A program made the position numbers and the translations under genes. This document shows, piece by piece, positions 35,764 to 44,760 of a DNA stretch of 59,524 bases. The notes beneath the pieces are model-generated. The model was not told the origin of the DNA. It saw nothing but the letters and a program-made list of their open reading frames with translations, and searched no databases. Origin of the DNA: Pseudomonadota bacterium (GTDB lineage Bacteria; Pseudomonadota; Alphaproteobacteria; Sphingomonadales; Sphingomonadaceae); the NCBI GenBank assembly GCA_041170745.1, contig JBEDNE010000075.1, positions 1 through 59,524 of the forward strand, written 5' to 3'. The number at the start of each line of letters is the position of its first letter. The stretch's first letter is position 1.

Positions 35764-36876
35764 TTAGAAAACCACGACGGACCGGATGGATTTACCGGCG
35801 TGCATCAGGTCAAAGGCCGTGTTGATCTCTTCCAAGCCCATGACATGGGTGATCATGGGATCAATCTCAATCTTGCCCTGCATGTACATATCGACGATCT
35901 TGGGCACATCGGTGCGACCCTTCGCGCCGCCAAAGGCAGTGCCGCGCCAATTACGGCCCGTCACCAGTTGGAACGGCCGCGTTGCAATTTCCTTGCCCGC
36001 TTCAGCCACACCAATGATGATGCTGGTGCCCCAGCCGCGATGGCAGGCCTCAAGCGCTGTCCGCATCACATCCGTATTGCCTGTTGCATCAAAGGTATAA
36101 TCTGCGCCGCCATCGGTCATTTCTACAATCTTGGCGACCACATCTTCGCGGCTCATTCCCTTGGAATTTAGGAAATGCGTCATGCCGAACTTGCGGCCCC
36201 ATTCTTCGCGATCCGGGTTGATATCCACGCCGATGATGCGGTTCGCACCCGCAAGCCGCGCGCCCTGGATCACGTTGAGGCCAATGCCGCCCAAGCCGAA
36301 GACAACCACATTATCGCCTACTTGCACCTTGGCGGTGTTAATAACGGCACCAACGCCCGTCGTGACGCCACAGCCGATATAGCAGCTGGTCTGGAACGGC
36401 GCATCTTCGCGGATCTTCGCCACTGCGATTTCCGGCAAAACAGTGAAGTTCGAGAAAGTGGAGCAGCCCATATAATGATAAATTGGCTGACCCTTATAGC
36501 TAAAGCGCGTCGTGCCATCGGGCATCAGCCCCTTGCCTTGCGTCGCGCGGATCGCCGTGCACAGGTTCGTCTTGCCCGACAGGCAGGACTTACACTGGCG
36601 GCATTCCGGGGTGTACAGCGGGATGACATGGTCACCGGGTTTTACTGAGGTCACACCAGCGCCCACCTCGCGCACCACGCCGGCCCCTTCATGGCCCAAA
36701 ACGCTTGGGAAAATCCCTTCGCTGTCAAACCCATCCAGCGTATAGGCATCGGTATGGCAAATGCCCGTCGCCATAATCTCCACCAAAACCTCGCCAGCCT
36801 TGGGGCCTTCAAGGTCCAGCTCCACAATCTCCAGCGGCTTCTTCGCTTCAAATGCTACAGCTGCTCGGGTCTTCAT
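35764..36876 (-). CDS. frmA: S-(hydroxymethyl)glutathione dehydrogenase / class III ADH
   Basis: [36 protein letters not shown]. Confidence 0.96.
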   Translation of the reverse strand: MKTRAAVAFEAKKPLEIVELDLEGPKAGEVLVEIMATGICHTDAYTLDGFDSEGIFPSVLGHEGAGVVREVGAGVTSVKPGDHVIPLYTPECRQCKSCLSGKTNLCTAIRATQGKGLMPDGTTRFSYKGQPIYHYMGCSTFSNFTVLPEIAVAKIREDAPFQTSCYIGCGVTTGVGAVINTAKVQVGDNVVVFGLGGIGLNVIQGARLAGANRIIGVDINPDREEWGRKFGMTHFLNSKGMSREDVVAKIVEMTDGGADYTFDATGNTDVMRTALEACHRGWGTSIIIGVAEAGKEIATRPFQLVTGRNWRGTAFGGAKGRTDVPKIVDMYMQGKIEIDPMITHVMGLEEINTAFDLMHAGKSIRSVVVF

Positions 36877-36994
36877 CGTCCATTATCCTTATCTTTAACT
36901 TCAAGAATCTGCAGAAATTTAATGCCTCGTTAGTCCAGCCAATGGGCTAACACAGCCACGCCAACAACGTCCATCCAATAGCGTGATCGCCACA

Positions 36995-37492
36995 TTATTG
37001 AGGCTCTGGCACATCAACAACCAACACCTCATGCTGGTGCGTGGCCAAAAACTTTACCAAATCGGGCCCTGCAATGCTGAGAGTGGCCGTATTGCGCAGC
37101 GGATGCACATTGATGCAGCCAGAAACTGCCAAGGGGCGATCAAGGACCACTCTCGCCTTTGCCTCTTGGTCATTAAAGGCGGCAAGCGGCGTTACCGAGC
37201 CTGGTGTCACACCCAATAACCGCTCCATGTCCTCAGCTTTGCCGAAGCTTAGCTTTTTGGACCCAATGACAGCGGGAAGCGCTTTCAAGTCTACACGCTT
37301 ATCATGCGGCGCTGTCACTAACCAAAAAGCCCCGCCTGCGTCCTTCAAAAAGAGATTTTTTGTGTGATCCCCCGCAATTTCCGCATGAAGGACAGCGCTT
37401 TCCTCAACAGTGTAGACAGCTTCATGCTCATGAAGCGTTACAGCCATGCCCAAGTCCGCCAGCGAGGCCATCATTTGATGCTCTCGTGACAC
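36995..37492 (-). CDS. YbaK/ProX family aminoacyl-tRNA deacylase (ProXp-ala/PrdX-like)
   Basis: EHEAVYTVEE, TKNLFLKD, LGVTPGSVTPL, HPLRN.AT. Confidence 0.88.
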   Translation of the reverse strand: MSREHQMMASLADLGMAVTLHEHEAVYTVEESAVLHAEIAGDHTKNLFLKDAGGAFWLVTAPHDKRVDLKALPAVIGSKKLSFGKAEDMERLLGVTPGSVTPLAAFNDQEAKARVVLDRPLAVSGCINVHPLRNTATLSIAGPDLVKFLATHQHEVLVVDVPEPQ

Positions 37493-37501
37493 CAGCGCCT
37501 C

Positions 37502-38359
37502 CTATTTAAAGATAACGGTTCGATTGCCGTTCAGCAGAACCCGATGCTCACTATGCAGCTTCACAGCCCGCGCCAGAACCCGGCTTTCGGTATCTTGGCC
37601 CTGGGCAATCAAATCATCCACCGTGTCTGCATGGTCAACAACGGATACATCTTGCGTGATGATTGGCCCCTCGTCCAAATCTGCGGTTACATAATGCGCC
37701 GTTGCGCCGACCATTTTCACGCCACGCTCATGCGCGCGATGATAGGGCTTAGCGCCCTTAAAACCGGGCAAAAAGCTGTGGTGAATGTTAATCACACGAC
37801 CATCTAATTTCTGGCAGAGCTGGTCGGACAACACCTGCATATAGCGCGCCAGAATAATCAGATCCACCTGCTGTTCTTCAACCATCGCCAAAAGCTTGGC
37901 TTCTTGCTCAAGCTTGTTTTCAGGCGTGATTGGCAGATGATGAAACGGCACGCCCTCATGATCGGCCCGGCGCTGCCAGGTCAGATGGTTAGAAACAATG
38001 CTGGTGACATCAATGCGCAGCCGGTTGGTTGAGGTCCGGTACAGCAAATCGTTCAAACAATGGCCGCCCTGGCTGACCATGATCATCGCGCGCAGCTTAC
38101 GGCTCAGATCATGCACCCGCCAATCAAGGCGAAAGGCCGTTGCGACAGGCAGGAAAGCCTCAGAAAACATGTCTAGCGTCATGCCGGCAGGAACGCTGAA
38201 CGCCACGCGCATGAAAAAACGACCCGTTGAAGCGTCACCAAATTGCGCGCTTTCAACGATGTTGCAGTCCTGACTCACAATCGAATTCGCGACTGCCGCA
38301 ACAATACCTTTGCGGTCGTCGCTTGAAATCAGCAGGACAAAATCTGCATCTGACGCCAT
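37502..38359 (-). CDS. purU: Formyltetrahydrofolate deformylase
   Basis: N-terminal ACT domain, HCLNDLL, LARYMQVLS, INIHHSFLP.FKGA, DLDEGPII. Confidence 0.95.
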   Translation of the reverse strand: MASDADFVLLISSDDRKGIVAAVANSIVSQDCNIVESAQFGDASTGRFFMRVAFSVPAGMTLDMFSEAFLPVATAFRLDWRVHDLSRKLRAMIMVSQGGHCLNDLLYRTSTNRLRIDVTSIVSNHLTWQRRADHEGVPFHHLPITPENKLEQEAKLLAMVEEQQVDLIILARYMQVLSDQLCQKLDGRVINIHHSFLPGFKGAKPYHRAHERGVKMVGATAHYVTADLDEGPIITQDVSVVDHADTVDDLIAQGQDTESRVLARAVKLHSEHRVLLNGNRTVIFK

Positions 38360-38435
38360 GAGGCTCCCCCGATTAACATTCTTTTTTATCTGACTACCTA
38401 CCTAACTGCCGGATTTCCAACGCTCAGAACCCCGC

Positions 38436-38450
38436 ATTAGGTCATCTAAT
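38436..38450. promoter_or_regulatory. Perfect LysR/GcvA-type palindrome
   Basis: ATTAG-GTCAT-CTAAT (T-N11-A) 77 nt upstream of purU. Confidence 0.55.
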
Positions 38451-38479
38451 TGGTGGCTGAAGATATCGTGATTGCCGAA

Positions 38480-38518
38480 GTAATTTAATTTACCGTTGTC
38501 AAAAAAATCTTCATTTGT
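38480..38518 (+). promoter_or_regulatory. Bipartite operator copy 1 (upstream of TonB receptor)
   Basis: GTAATTTAATTTACC-N18-ATTTGT. Confidence 0.65.
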
Positions 38519-38628
38519 TGGCCTTCTGATCGGGCTTCAGGTCTGGCATTGTAGAAAAAATAAACTATCGCGTGTGGGACTGCCGTCTGTCGTTTCGAGA
38601 GGCGGTCTGATTAAAGGGGAGAGAGGCT

Positions 38629-41298
38629 TTGAAAGCACTACTAAAATTATCAACAGCGACAATCGTTCTTGCCGCTTTTGGCGCGGGCAGTGTCCCGGCC
38701 TTGGCGCAAGACAGCAAGGTGTCAAACGATGATGGTGCGATTCCAGACATCGTTGTGACCGCCACGCGTCGTGAAGAAGCCATCAATAAGGTTCCGCTGG
38801 CAATCCAGGCTTTGAGCGGCGATAGCCTCTCGAGCTTGAACGTCGCGAACTTTGACGATCTTGTGGAATATCTGCCCAATGTTCGCGCAGCATCGCGTGG
38901 GCCCGGCACATCCTCGATCTATATTCGTGGCCTTTCAACAGACACCGCAGGCATTCAGATTAACGGAACCGCCGGGGTCAGCCCCAGCGTCGCACTGTAC
39001 GTGAATGACGCGCCAGCCTCACTCGTGGGCCGCAACCTCGACGTTTATGCCGTTGACCTTCAGCGCGTCGAAGTGCTGGCTGGGCCGCAGGGCACCTTGT
39101 TTGGTGCCAGCGCCATGGGCGGCGCCATTCGTTACATCACCAACAAGCCAAATCTTAGCGATTTTGGCGTTGGCGTGAACACGAGCCACTCGTTCACTAA
39201 GGGCGGCGAAGAAAGCACAGGCGTTAATGGCTTTGTGAACATTCCTGTCATCAAGGACAAGTTCGCGATCCGCTTGGTCGCCTATTCGGACCGTCAGGGC
39301 GGGTACATTGATAACGTTGCTGCAACCTATCAGATGCCCTTCAATGGCAATGTGGGCGTTGCCGGCAAGTTGCCAACGGGCAACCCGCTGCTCGTTCTTC
39401 GCGCGATCCAATCTTGTACGGGTGTCGTGAACTGCACCGGCTCAACCTATGTTGCGCCGACCCGTCAGACGATTAACAACGATGCGTTTGTTGAAAACAA
39501 CTATAACGATGCCTCCTATTCTGGCGGCCGCATCGCTGCGACCTATCAAGTGAATGATGATTGGTCGATTGACCTGATGCACATGCGCCAGCAGCTCGAT
39601 ACGGATGGCGTGTTTGATTATGAGCCTGCTGTTGGCCCGATGAAGGTCACGCAGTTTGGCGCCAACAAGTTGAAGGACAAGTTCTCGGAAACAACGTGGA
39701 CGGTGAATGGCCGTCTCGGCGCCTTGGACATGATCTACACGGGATCGTTCTTGAAGCATGATGCCCGTCAGGTGGCGGATTATGCATCTTACTCCAACAT
39801 CGGCCTCTACTTGCCATATTATGAGTGCGATCGCGGTGTTTATTACACGGCGGCCTATAACGGAAACATCGGCAAAACCTGCTATGCTCCCAATAAGAGC
39901 TATTCGGTGCGCAACAAAACCAAGCGTTTCACGCAAGAGTTTCGCGTTACGTCGCCAGCAGAAAACCGGTTCCGGACAACGGCCGGCTTGTTCTATGACG
40001 ATCTGCGCTTGGAAGATAACACCGATTGGTCGTATCTCCAGACAGCGGCTGGCTTCATCTATCCGCGTTCGGCCAGTGCCTCCGTGCAACCGCTTGATGG
40101 CAGCGTAAAGCCGGTCAAGGTTGGCTTCTTCAACGATGTCGTCCGTAAAGACCGTCAGATGGCCGCTTATGGTGAAGTGTCTTACGACCTTATTCCAGAA
40201 AAGCTGACAGTCACTGGCGGTGCGCGTTATTATGACGAAAAGGCCTCGATGGTTGGCTCGTCAAATGGCAGCTTTGGTGGCGCACGTGCCGTGTACAACC
40301 CCGCAACGGGAACCTACACGCCTGGTGCAAATCCGCCGCGGACCTACAATATCTCGGCTGATCTCCGCCAGACGTTGAAGGGCCTGTCGCCTGCCAAGTA
40401 TGACGGCTTCATCTTCAAGGGGAACGTGACCTACAAGCTCGATAATGGCGGGCTGGTTTATGCAACCTATTCGGAAGGCTTCCGTCCGGGCGGGTTCAAC
40501 CGCAAGCCTTGCAACGCTACAACAGCGGCGTGCGATGGCCTGAAATATTATGTTCCGGATGAAGTGAAGAACTATGAAATCGGCGGCAAATTCCCGCTGC
40601 TTAATCGTCGTATGCAGCTGAATTTTGCGGCCTATCAAATTGATTGGACCAACATTCAGCAGACGATTTTCGATCAGAACATCTCTAACCAGACGTTCAC
40701 AACGAACTTCACAAACGCCCGGATCCGCGGTCTTGAAGGTGATGTAACCTGGCGCGCAACGCCCGAGTTCACGATCAATTCCGCATTCTCTTATAACGAC
40801 TCCAAGCTGACAAAATGGCTCAAGAACGCCTCAGTTCTGCGCCCCGTTGGCAGCCCGCTTGCGCTGAGCCCCAAGTTCCAGGGCAATATTCGCGGTCGTT
40901 ATGAATGGGAAACCACCTCGGGCCTGCGTCCTTATGTGCAGGCTGGCGTGAACTATGTTGGCAAGAGCATCTCCACGGTGTTCGACAATGTTGACATCAA
41001 GTTCCCGACCTTCAACGCCCATTTGGGTTATGTCGCACAGGTTCCCGTTGTTTATAACGGCGTGACTGTGAAGCCGGGTGACGTGATCGTTCCGGTTCGT
41101 GCGTCAGAAGACCAAAAGGCCTACACCATGGTCAATGCCGCCATTGGCGCTGGCCGTGACAATTGGACGATTGAGCTGTTTGGCGAAAACATGACCAACG
41201 CCAAGCCTGAGCTCTTCAAGAGCGGCAATGATGGTGAATTGCGCGTGACCACGTCACGCCCAAGGACAATCGGCCTGCGCTTGTCTTATAAGATGTAA
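38629..41298 (+). CDS. TonB-dependent receptor
   Basis: Signal peptide, DIVVTATRR TonB-box region, RVEVLAGPQGTLFG plug motif, C-terminal PRTIGLRLSY; TTG start with GGGAGAGAGG RBS. Confidence 0.95.
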   Translation: MKALLKLSTATIVLAAFGAGSVPALAQDSKVSNDDGAIPDIVVTATRREEAINKVPLAIQALSGDSLSSLNVANFDDLVEYLPNVRAASRGPGTSSIYIRGLSTDTAGIQINGTAGVSPSVALYVNDAPASLVGRNLDVYAVDLQRVEVLAGPQGTLFGASAMGGAIRYITNKPNLSDFGVGVNTSHSFTKGGEESTGVNGFVNIPVIKDKFAIRLVAYSDRQGGYIDNVAATYQMPFNGNVGVAGKLPTGNPLLVLRAIQSCTGVVNCTGSTYVAPTRQTINNDAFVENNYNDASYSGGRIAATYQVNDDWSIDLMHMRQQLDTDGVFDYEPAVGPMKVTQFGANKLKDKFSETTWTVNGRLGALDMIYTGSFLKHDARQVADYASYSNIGLYLPYYECDRGVYYTAAYNGNIGKTCYAPNKSYSVRNKTKRFTQEFRVTSPAENRFRTTAGLFYDDLRLEDNTDWSYLQTAAGFIYPRSASASVQPLDGSVKPVKVGFFNDVVRKDRQMAAYGEVSYDLIPEKLTVTGGARYYDEKASMVGSSNGSFGGARAVYNPATGTYTPGANPPRTYNISADLRQTLKGLSPAKYDGFIFKGNVTYKLDNGGLVYATYSEGFRPGGFNRKPCNATTAACDGLKYYVPDEVKNYEIGGKFPLLNRRMQLNFAAYQIDWTNIQQTIFDQNISNQTFTTNFTNARIRGLEGDVTWRATPEFTINSAFSYNDSKLTKWLKNASVLRPVGSPLALSPKFQGNIRGRYEWETTSGLRPYVQAGVNYVGKSISTVFDNVDIKFPTFNAHLGYVAQVPVVYNGVTVKPGDVIVPVRASEDQKAYTMVNAAIGAGRDNWTIELFGENMTNAKPELFKSGNDGELRVTTSRPRTIGLRLSYKM

Positions 41299-41309
41299 GC
41301 ATCTGATAG

Positions 41310-41347
41310 ATCCCGCCCCACCAAAAATGGGGCGGGATTTTTCTTTT
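41310..41347 (+). terminator. Rho-independent terminator
   Basis: ATCCCGCCCCA-ccaaaaa-TGGGGCGGGAT followed by TTTTCTTTT. Confidence 0.9.
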
Positions 41348-41449
41348 CTAAACTGCCAGACATTTTTAGACTGACATCGTCACACGAACGTCCTTACTTT
41401 GGCACTCATATCTTCGTAGAATTTGCCGCAAGATAAGGATTTGCAGGCC

Positions 41450-43447
41450 ATGAACGTTACGGTTACCCCCCTTGATAGCGATGCCATCGCAGCCAAAGCG
41501 CGCGAGATGCTGCAAAAGGGGCAAGCCAAAGAGTCCGAAGCGCTTTGCCAGCAGCTCTTGGCCGACGAACCTGATAATCGCGACGCGCTTTACATTCTTG
41601 CCGTTTCTCAACGCACGCAGCGCAAATTTGCTGAGGCGCTTGCAACAAATAAGCGCTTAATCTCTATCAATCCCGCAAATGGCCGTGCCCATCAGGAACA
41701 GGGCCATTGCCTAAGAGATATGGGCGACAGCAATGCGGCTTTGATGGCCTATCAAAATGCAGTGGCCCATAATCGCGCCTTGCTGGCCAGCTGGAACATG
41801 CTTGCGCGCCTCAATCGCGCGGCAGGCCGCACCGCAGCAGCAGAATTTGCTGAGATTCAGAGCGAATATTGGAGCGCCCTTCCCCCTGAACTATTGACAG
41901 TTGCCAGCCTTATTGAAGAAGGCCGTTTCTTGCGGGCGGAAAAGCTGTGCCGCGCCTATTTGCAGACGCATGGGCACCATGTCGAAGCCATGCGGCTTCT
42001 GGCGCAGATTGGCACGCAGTTTAACGTGCTGGACGAGGCCGAGTTTCTTTTGGAATCCGCAGTCGAGCTTGAGCCCGAAAACCCCGGCGCCCGCTTTGAT
42101 TATGTAACAGTCCTGCAAAGTCGGCAAAAATTTGCACAAGCCCTCGAACAAGCCAAAATCCTGCGTGAGAACGACCCAGAGAATCCGCAAGTTGAAATGC
42201 TCTATGCCAATCAGAGCTTGGGCGTTGGGAATTTTGATGAAGCGCTGTCAATTTACAAGACCATTGCTGCAGCCCAGCCTGGCAATCCCAGCGTACACCT
42301 GACATTGGGCCATGCGCTGAAAACAACGGGACGCCAGCAAGAGGCTATTGAGGCCTACAGCCAAGCCTATCGTGTCCGTCCCGATTTTGGCGACGCGTAT
42401 TGGAGCCTTGCCAACTTGAAAACCTATCGCTTTGACGCGGACCTCGTCTCGAAGATGCGCGACATTGAAGATCAGGCGACCACTCAGCTTGTCGATCGCT
42501 ATCATCTGTGCTTCGCCATTGGCAAAGCGCTGGAAGATAGCGGCGATTATGCCACGTCCTTTGACTATTATGAGCGCGGCAACCGCCTAAAGCGTGATGA
42601 AGTTGGGTATGATTGGCGGAAAATTTCCAAGGAAATCGGTCTGCAGATTGAGCATTGCACGCCGCAACTCTTTGCAGATACGGCTGGCGCAGGGTTTGAA
42701 GCGCAAGATCCCATCTTCATCCTAGGCTTGCCGCGCGCGGGCTCTACATTGCTGGAACAAATTCTGGCGTCGCATAGCCAAGTTGAAGGCACGATGGAGT
42801 TGCCAAATATTCTGGCGCTCGCGCATAAGCTTGATGGGCGGCGTCGCGTTGGAGAAGAAGCGCGTTACCCCGCCAATCTCAACGAATTGTCGCGCGACGA
42901 TCTTCGGGCCTTTGGCGAAGCCTATTTGCGCGACACGCGCATTCACCGCAAAACCAACAAGCCCTTTTTCATTGATAAAATGCCCAATAATTTTCGGCAT
43001 ATTGGCCTGATCCACATGATCCTGCCCAATGCAAAAATCATTGATGCGCGTCGTAGCGCAATGGGCTGCTGCTTTTCTGGGTTTAAGCAATTGTTCGCCG
43101 AAGGGCAGGAATTCACTTACGGCCTTGAGGAAATTGGCCATTATTACAAAGACTATGTCGCGCTGATGGATCATTGGGACAAGGTTCTGCCCGGCAAGGT
43201 CCTCAAAGTTCAGTATGAAGACGTTGTCGATGATCTTGAAACGCAGGTGCGCCGCGTGCTTGATTTCTGTGGTCTCGACTTTGAAGAGGCCTGCATCAAC
43301 TTCCACCAGACTGAACGCGCGGTCCGCACCGCCAGTTCTGAGCAAGTCCGCCAACCTTTATTCCGCAGCGGCGTCGACCAGTGGGAAAATTTCTCGCCAT
43401 ATCTTGACCCATTACGCAACGTTTTAGGGCCGGAATTGGCACGATGA
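41450..43447 (+). CDS. TPR-repeat-containing sulfotransferase family protein
   Basis: About 400 aa of TPR-like helices, then IFILGLPRAGSTL (5'-PSB loop), DKMPNNF, YEDVV, TASSEQVRQP. Confidence 0.88.
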   Translation: MNVTVTPLDSDAIAAKAREMLQKGQAKESEALCQQLLADEPDNRDALYILAVSQRTQRKFAEALATNKRLISINPANGRAHQEQGHCLRDMGDSNAALMAYQNAVAHNRALLASWNMLARLNRAAGRTAAAEFAEIQSEYWSALPPELLTVASLIEEGRFLRAEKLCRAYLQTHGHHVEAMRLLAQIGTQFNVLDEAEFLLESAVELEPENPGARFDYVTVLQSRQKFAQALEQAKILRENDPENPQVEMLYANQSLGVGNFDEALSIYKTIAAAQPGNPSVHLTLGHALKTTGRQQEAIEAYSQAYRVRPDFGDAYWSLANLKTYRFDADLVSKMRDIEDQATTQLVDRYHLCFAIGKALEDSGDYATSFDYYERGNRLKRDEVGYDWRKISKEIGLQIEHCTPQLFADTAGAGFEAQDPIFILGLPRAGSTLLEQILASHSQVEGTMELPNILALAHKLDGRRRVGEEARYPANLNELSRDDLRAFGEAYLRDTRIHRKTNKPFFIDKMPNNFRHIGLIHMILPNAKIIDARRSAMGCCFSGFKQLFAEGQEFTYGLEEIGHYYKDYVALMDHWDKVLPGKVLKVQYEDVVDDLETQVRRVLDFCGLDFEEACINFHQTERAVRTASSEQVRQPLFRSGVDQWENFSPYLDPLRNVLGPELAR

Positions 43448-43461
43448 TGAGAGGGTAAATA

Positions 43462-44760
43462 ATGGCAACTCAAAATCCTGTAGACGCCGATACCGTATCA
43501 ACGCTGGGCCAGCGCTGGTACGTCCTTTTCATCATGATGCTTGTCTATACGATTAGCATTGCAGACCGTTATGTCCTCTCCACATTGTTGGGTCCGATCA
43601 GTGAAGAGCTGAATCTAAGCGACACAGGGGCCGCGTCACTGGGCATTCCCCTTGCGCTCTTTTACGTCATCATGGGCATACCCCTGTCCTGGCTGACAGA
43701 CCGGACCAACCGGAAAAAGCTGCTGGCGGCGTCAGTTGCTGCTTGGTCCGCGATGACCGCACTGACGGGATATACACGGGGCTATTTTGACTTGTTGCTG
43801 GCGCGCATTGGCGTGGGCGTGGGCGAAGCCGGCGGCACCCCGGCCTGCAATTCCATTATTGCCGATTATTTTCCGGCTGATCGTCGTTCAATGGCAATGA
43901 CAATCTTTGCCTTAGGCGCGCCTATTGGGGCGTGGCTGGGCTCGGACATTGCGGGCCTTGTCTCGACTAATCATGGCTGGCGTGCAGCCTTTTTGGTTCT
44001 GGGTATTCCCGGCATTATTCTGGCCGGCATCATTCTGGTGACCATTAAGGAACCAAAACGTGGCCGGCTCGACGCTGTTTCGGGAGACAAGGCGGCAACT
44101 GTGATGGAAACACTCAAGTTTCTCTGGTCGCAGAAATCCGCCGTTCATGGCATGATGGGCGCGGGCTTGTCGGCCTTTTGGGGCTGGGGCTTGATGTGGT
44201 TTACCCCCCTCTTCCTGCAGCGCACCTATGGCATGAATGAAGGGGAAGCAGGCCGTTTGCTGGGGGAAATTTATCTCATCGGCGGCATTGGGGCATCGCT
44301 GGTGACAGCCTGGGTTGTGGCCCGGCCCAGCTATGCTGACCCTCGTCGCATCGCTCGGCTGTTGGCTGTGGTCACCGCATTGGGAACGCTGCCATCTTTC
44401 TATGCCTATTGGACGCATGATCTGGCCGTTGCCAAGATCATGTGGTGGCTCTTCATCCCAACCATCTATTTCTATATCGGCCCAGCCATGGCGCTGTGCC
44501 AGAACCTGGCAGCCCCCAATATGCGGGCGATGGCAATTGCCATTTCGTTGCTGATTGCCAACGTTCTAAATCTGATCGTGGCGCCCGGCCTAGTCGGGGC
44601 GCTGAGTGATTATTTTGCGGGTCCGGCTGGCGCAGATGCGGACTCACTGCGCTTGGCCCAGCTGATCCTTGCGCCCAGCGGCTTCTGGGCAGCTTGGCAT
44701 TATTGGCGGGCTGAAAAATATATCATTGAAGATCAGAAGCGGGCGGTAGGCTATGTTTGA
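43462..44760 (+). CDS. Spinster-like MFS transporter
   Basis: ADRY, DRTNRK, RIGVGVGEAG, IIADYFP..RR, KEPKRG. Confidence 0.88.
   Translation: MATQNPVDADTVSTLGQRWYVLFIMMLVYTISIADRYVLSTLLGPISEELNLSDTGAASLGIPLALFYVIMGIPLSWLTDRTNRKKLLAASVAAWSAMTALTGYTRGYFDLLLARIGVGVGEAGGTPACNSIIADYFPADRRSMAMTIFALGAPIGAWLGSDIAGLVSTNHGWRAAFLVLGIPGIILAGIILVTIKEPKRGRLDAVSGDKAATVMETLKFLWSQKSAVHGMMGAGLSAFWGWGLMWFTPLFLQRTYGMNEGEAGRLLGEIYLIGGIGASLVTAWVVARPSYADPRRIARLLAVVTALGTLPSFYAYWTHDLAVAKIMWWLFIPTIYFYIGPAMALCQNLAAPNMRAMAIAISLLIANVLNLIVAPGLVGALSDYFAGPAGADADSLRLAQLILAPSGFWAAWHYWRAEKYIIEDQKRAVGYV

Noticed and set aside
35685-38628. Moco, THF or glycine riboswitch in leaders
   Set aside because: No recognisable conserved aptamer by eye; an Infernal/Rfam scan would be decisive.
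41299-41449. Small sulfated-peptide (RiPP) precursor beside the sulfotransferase
   Set aside because: The gap holds a terminator and no convincing short ORF with an RBS.
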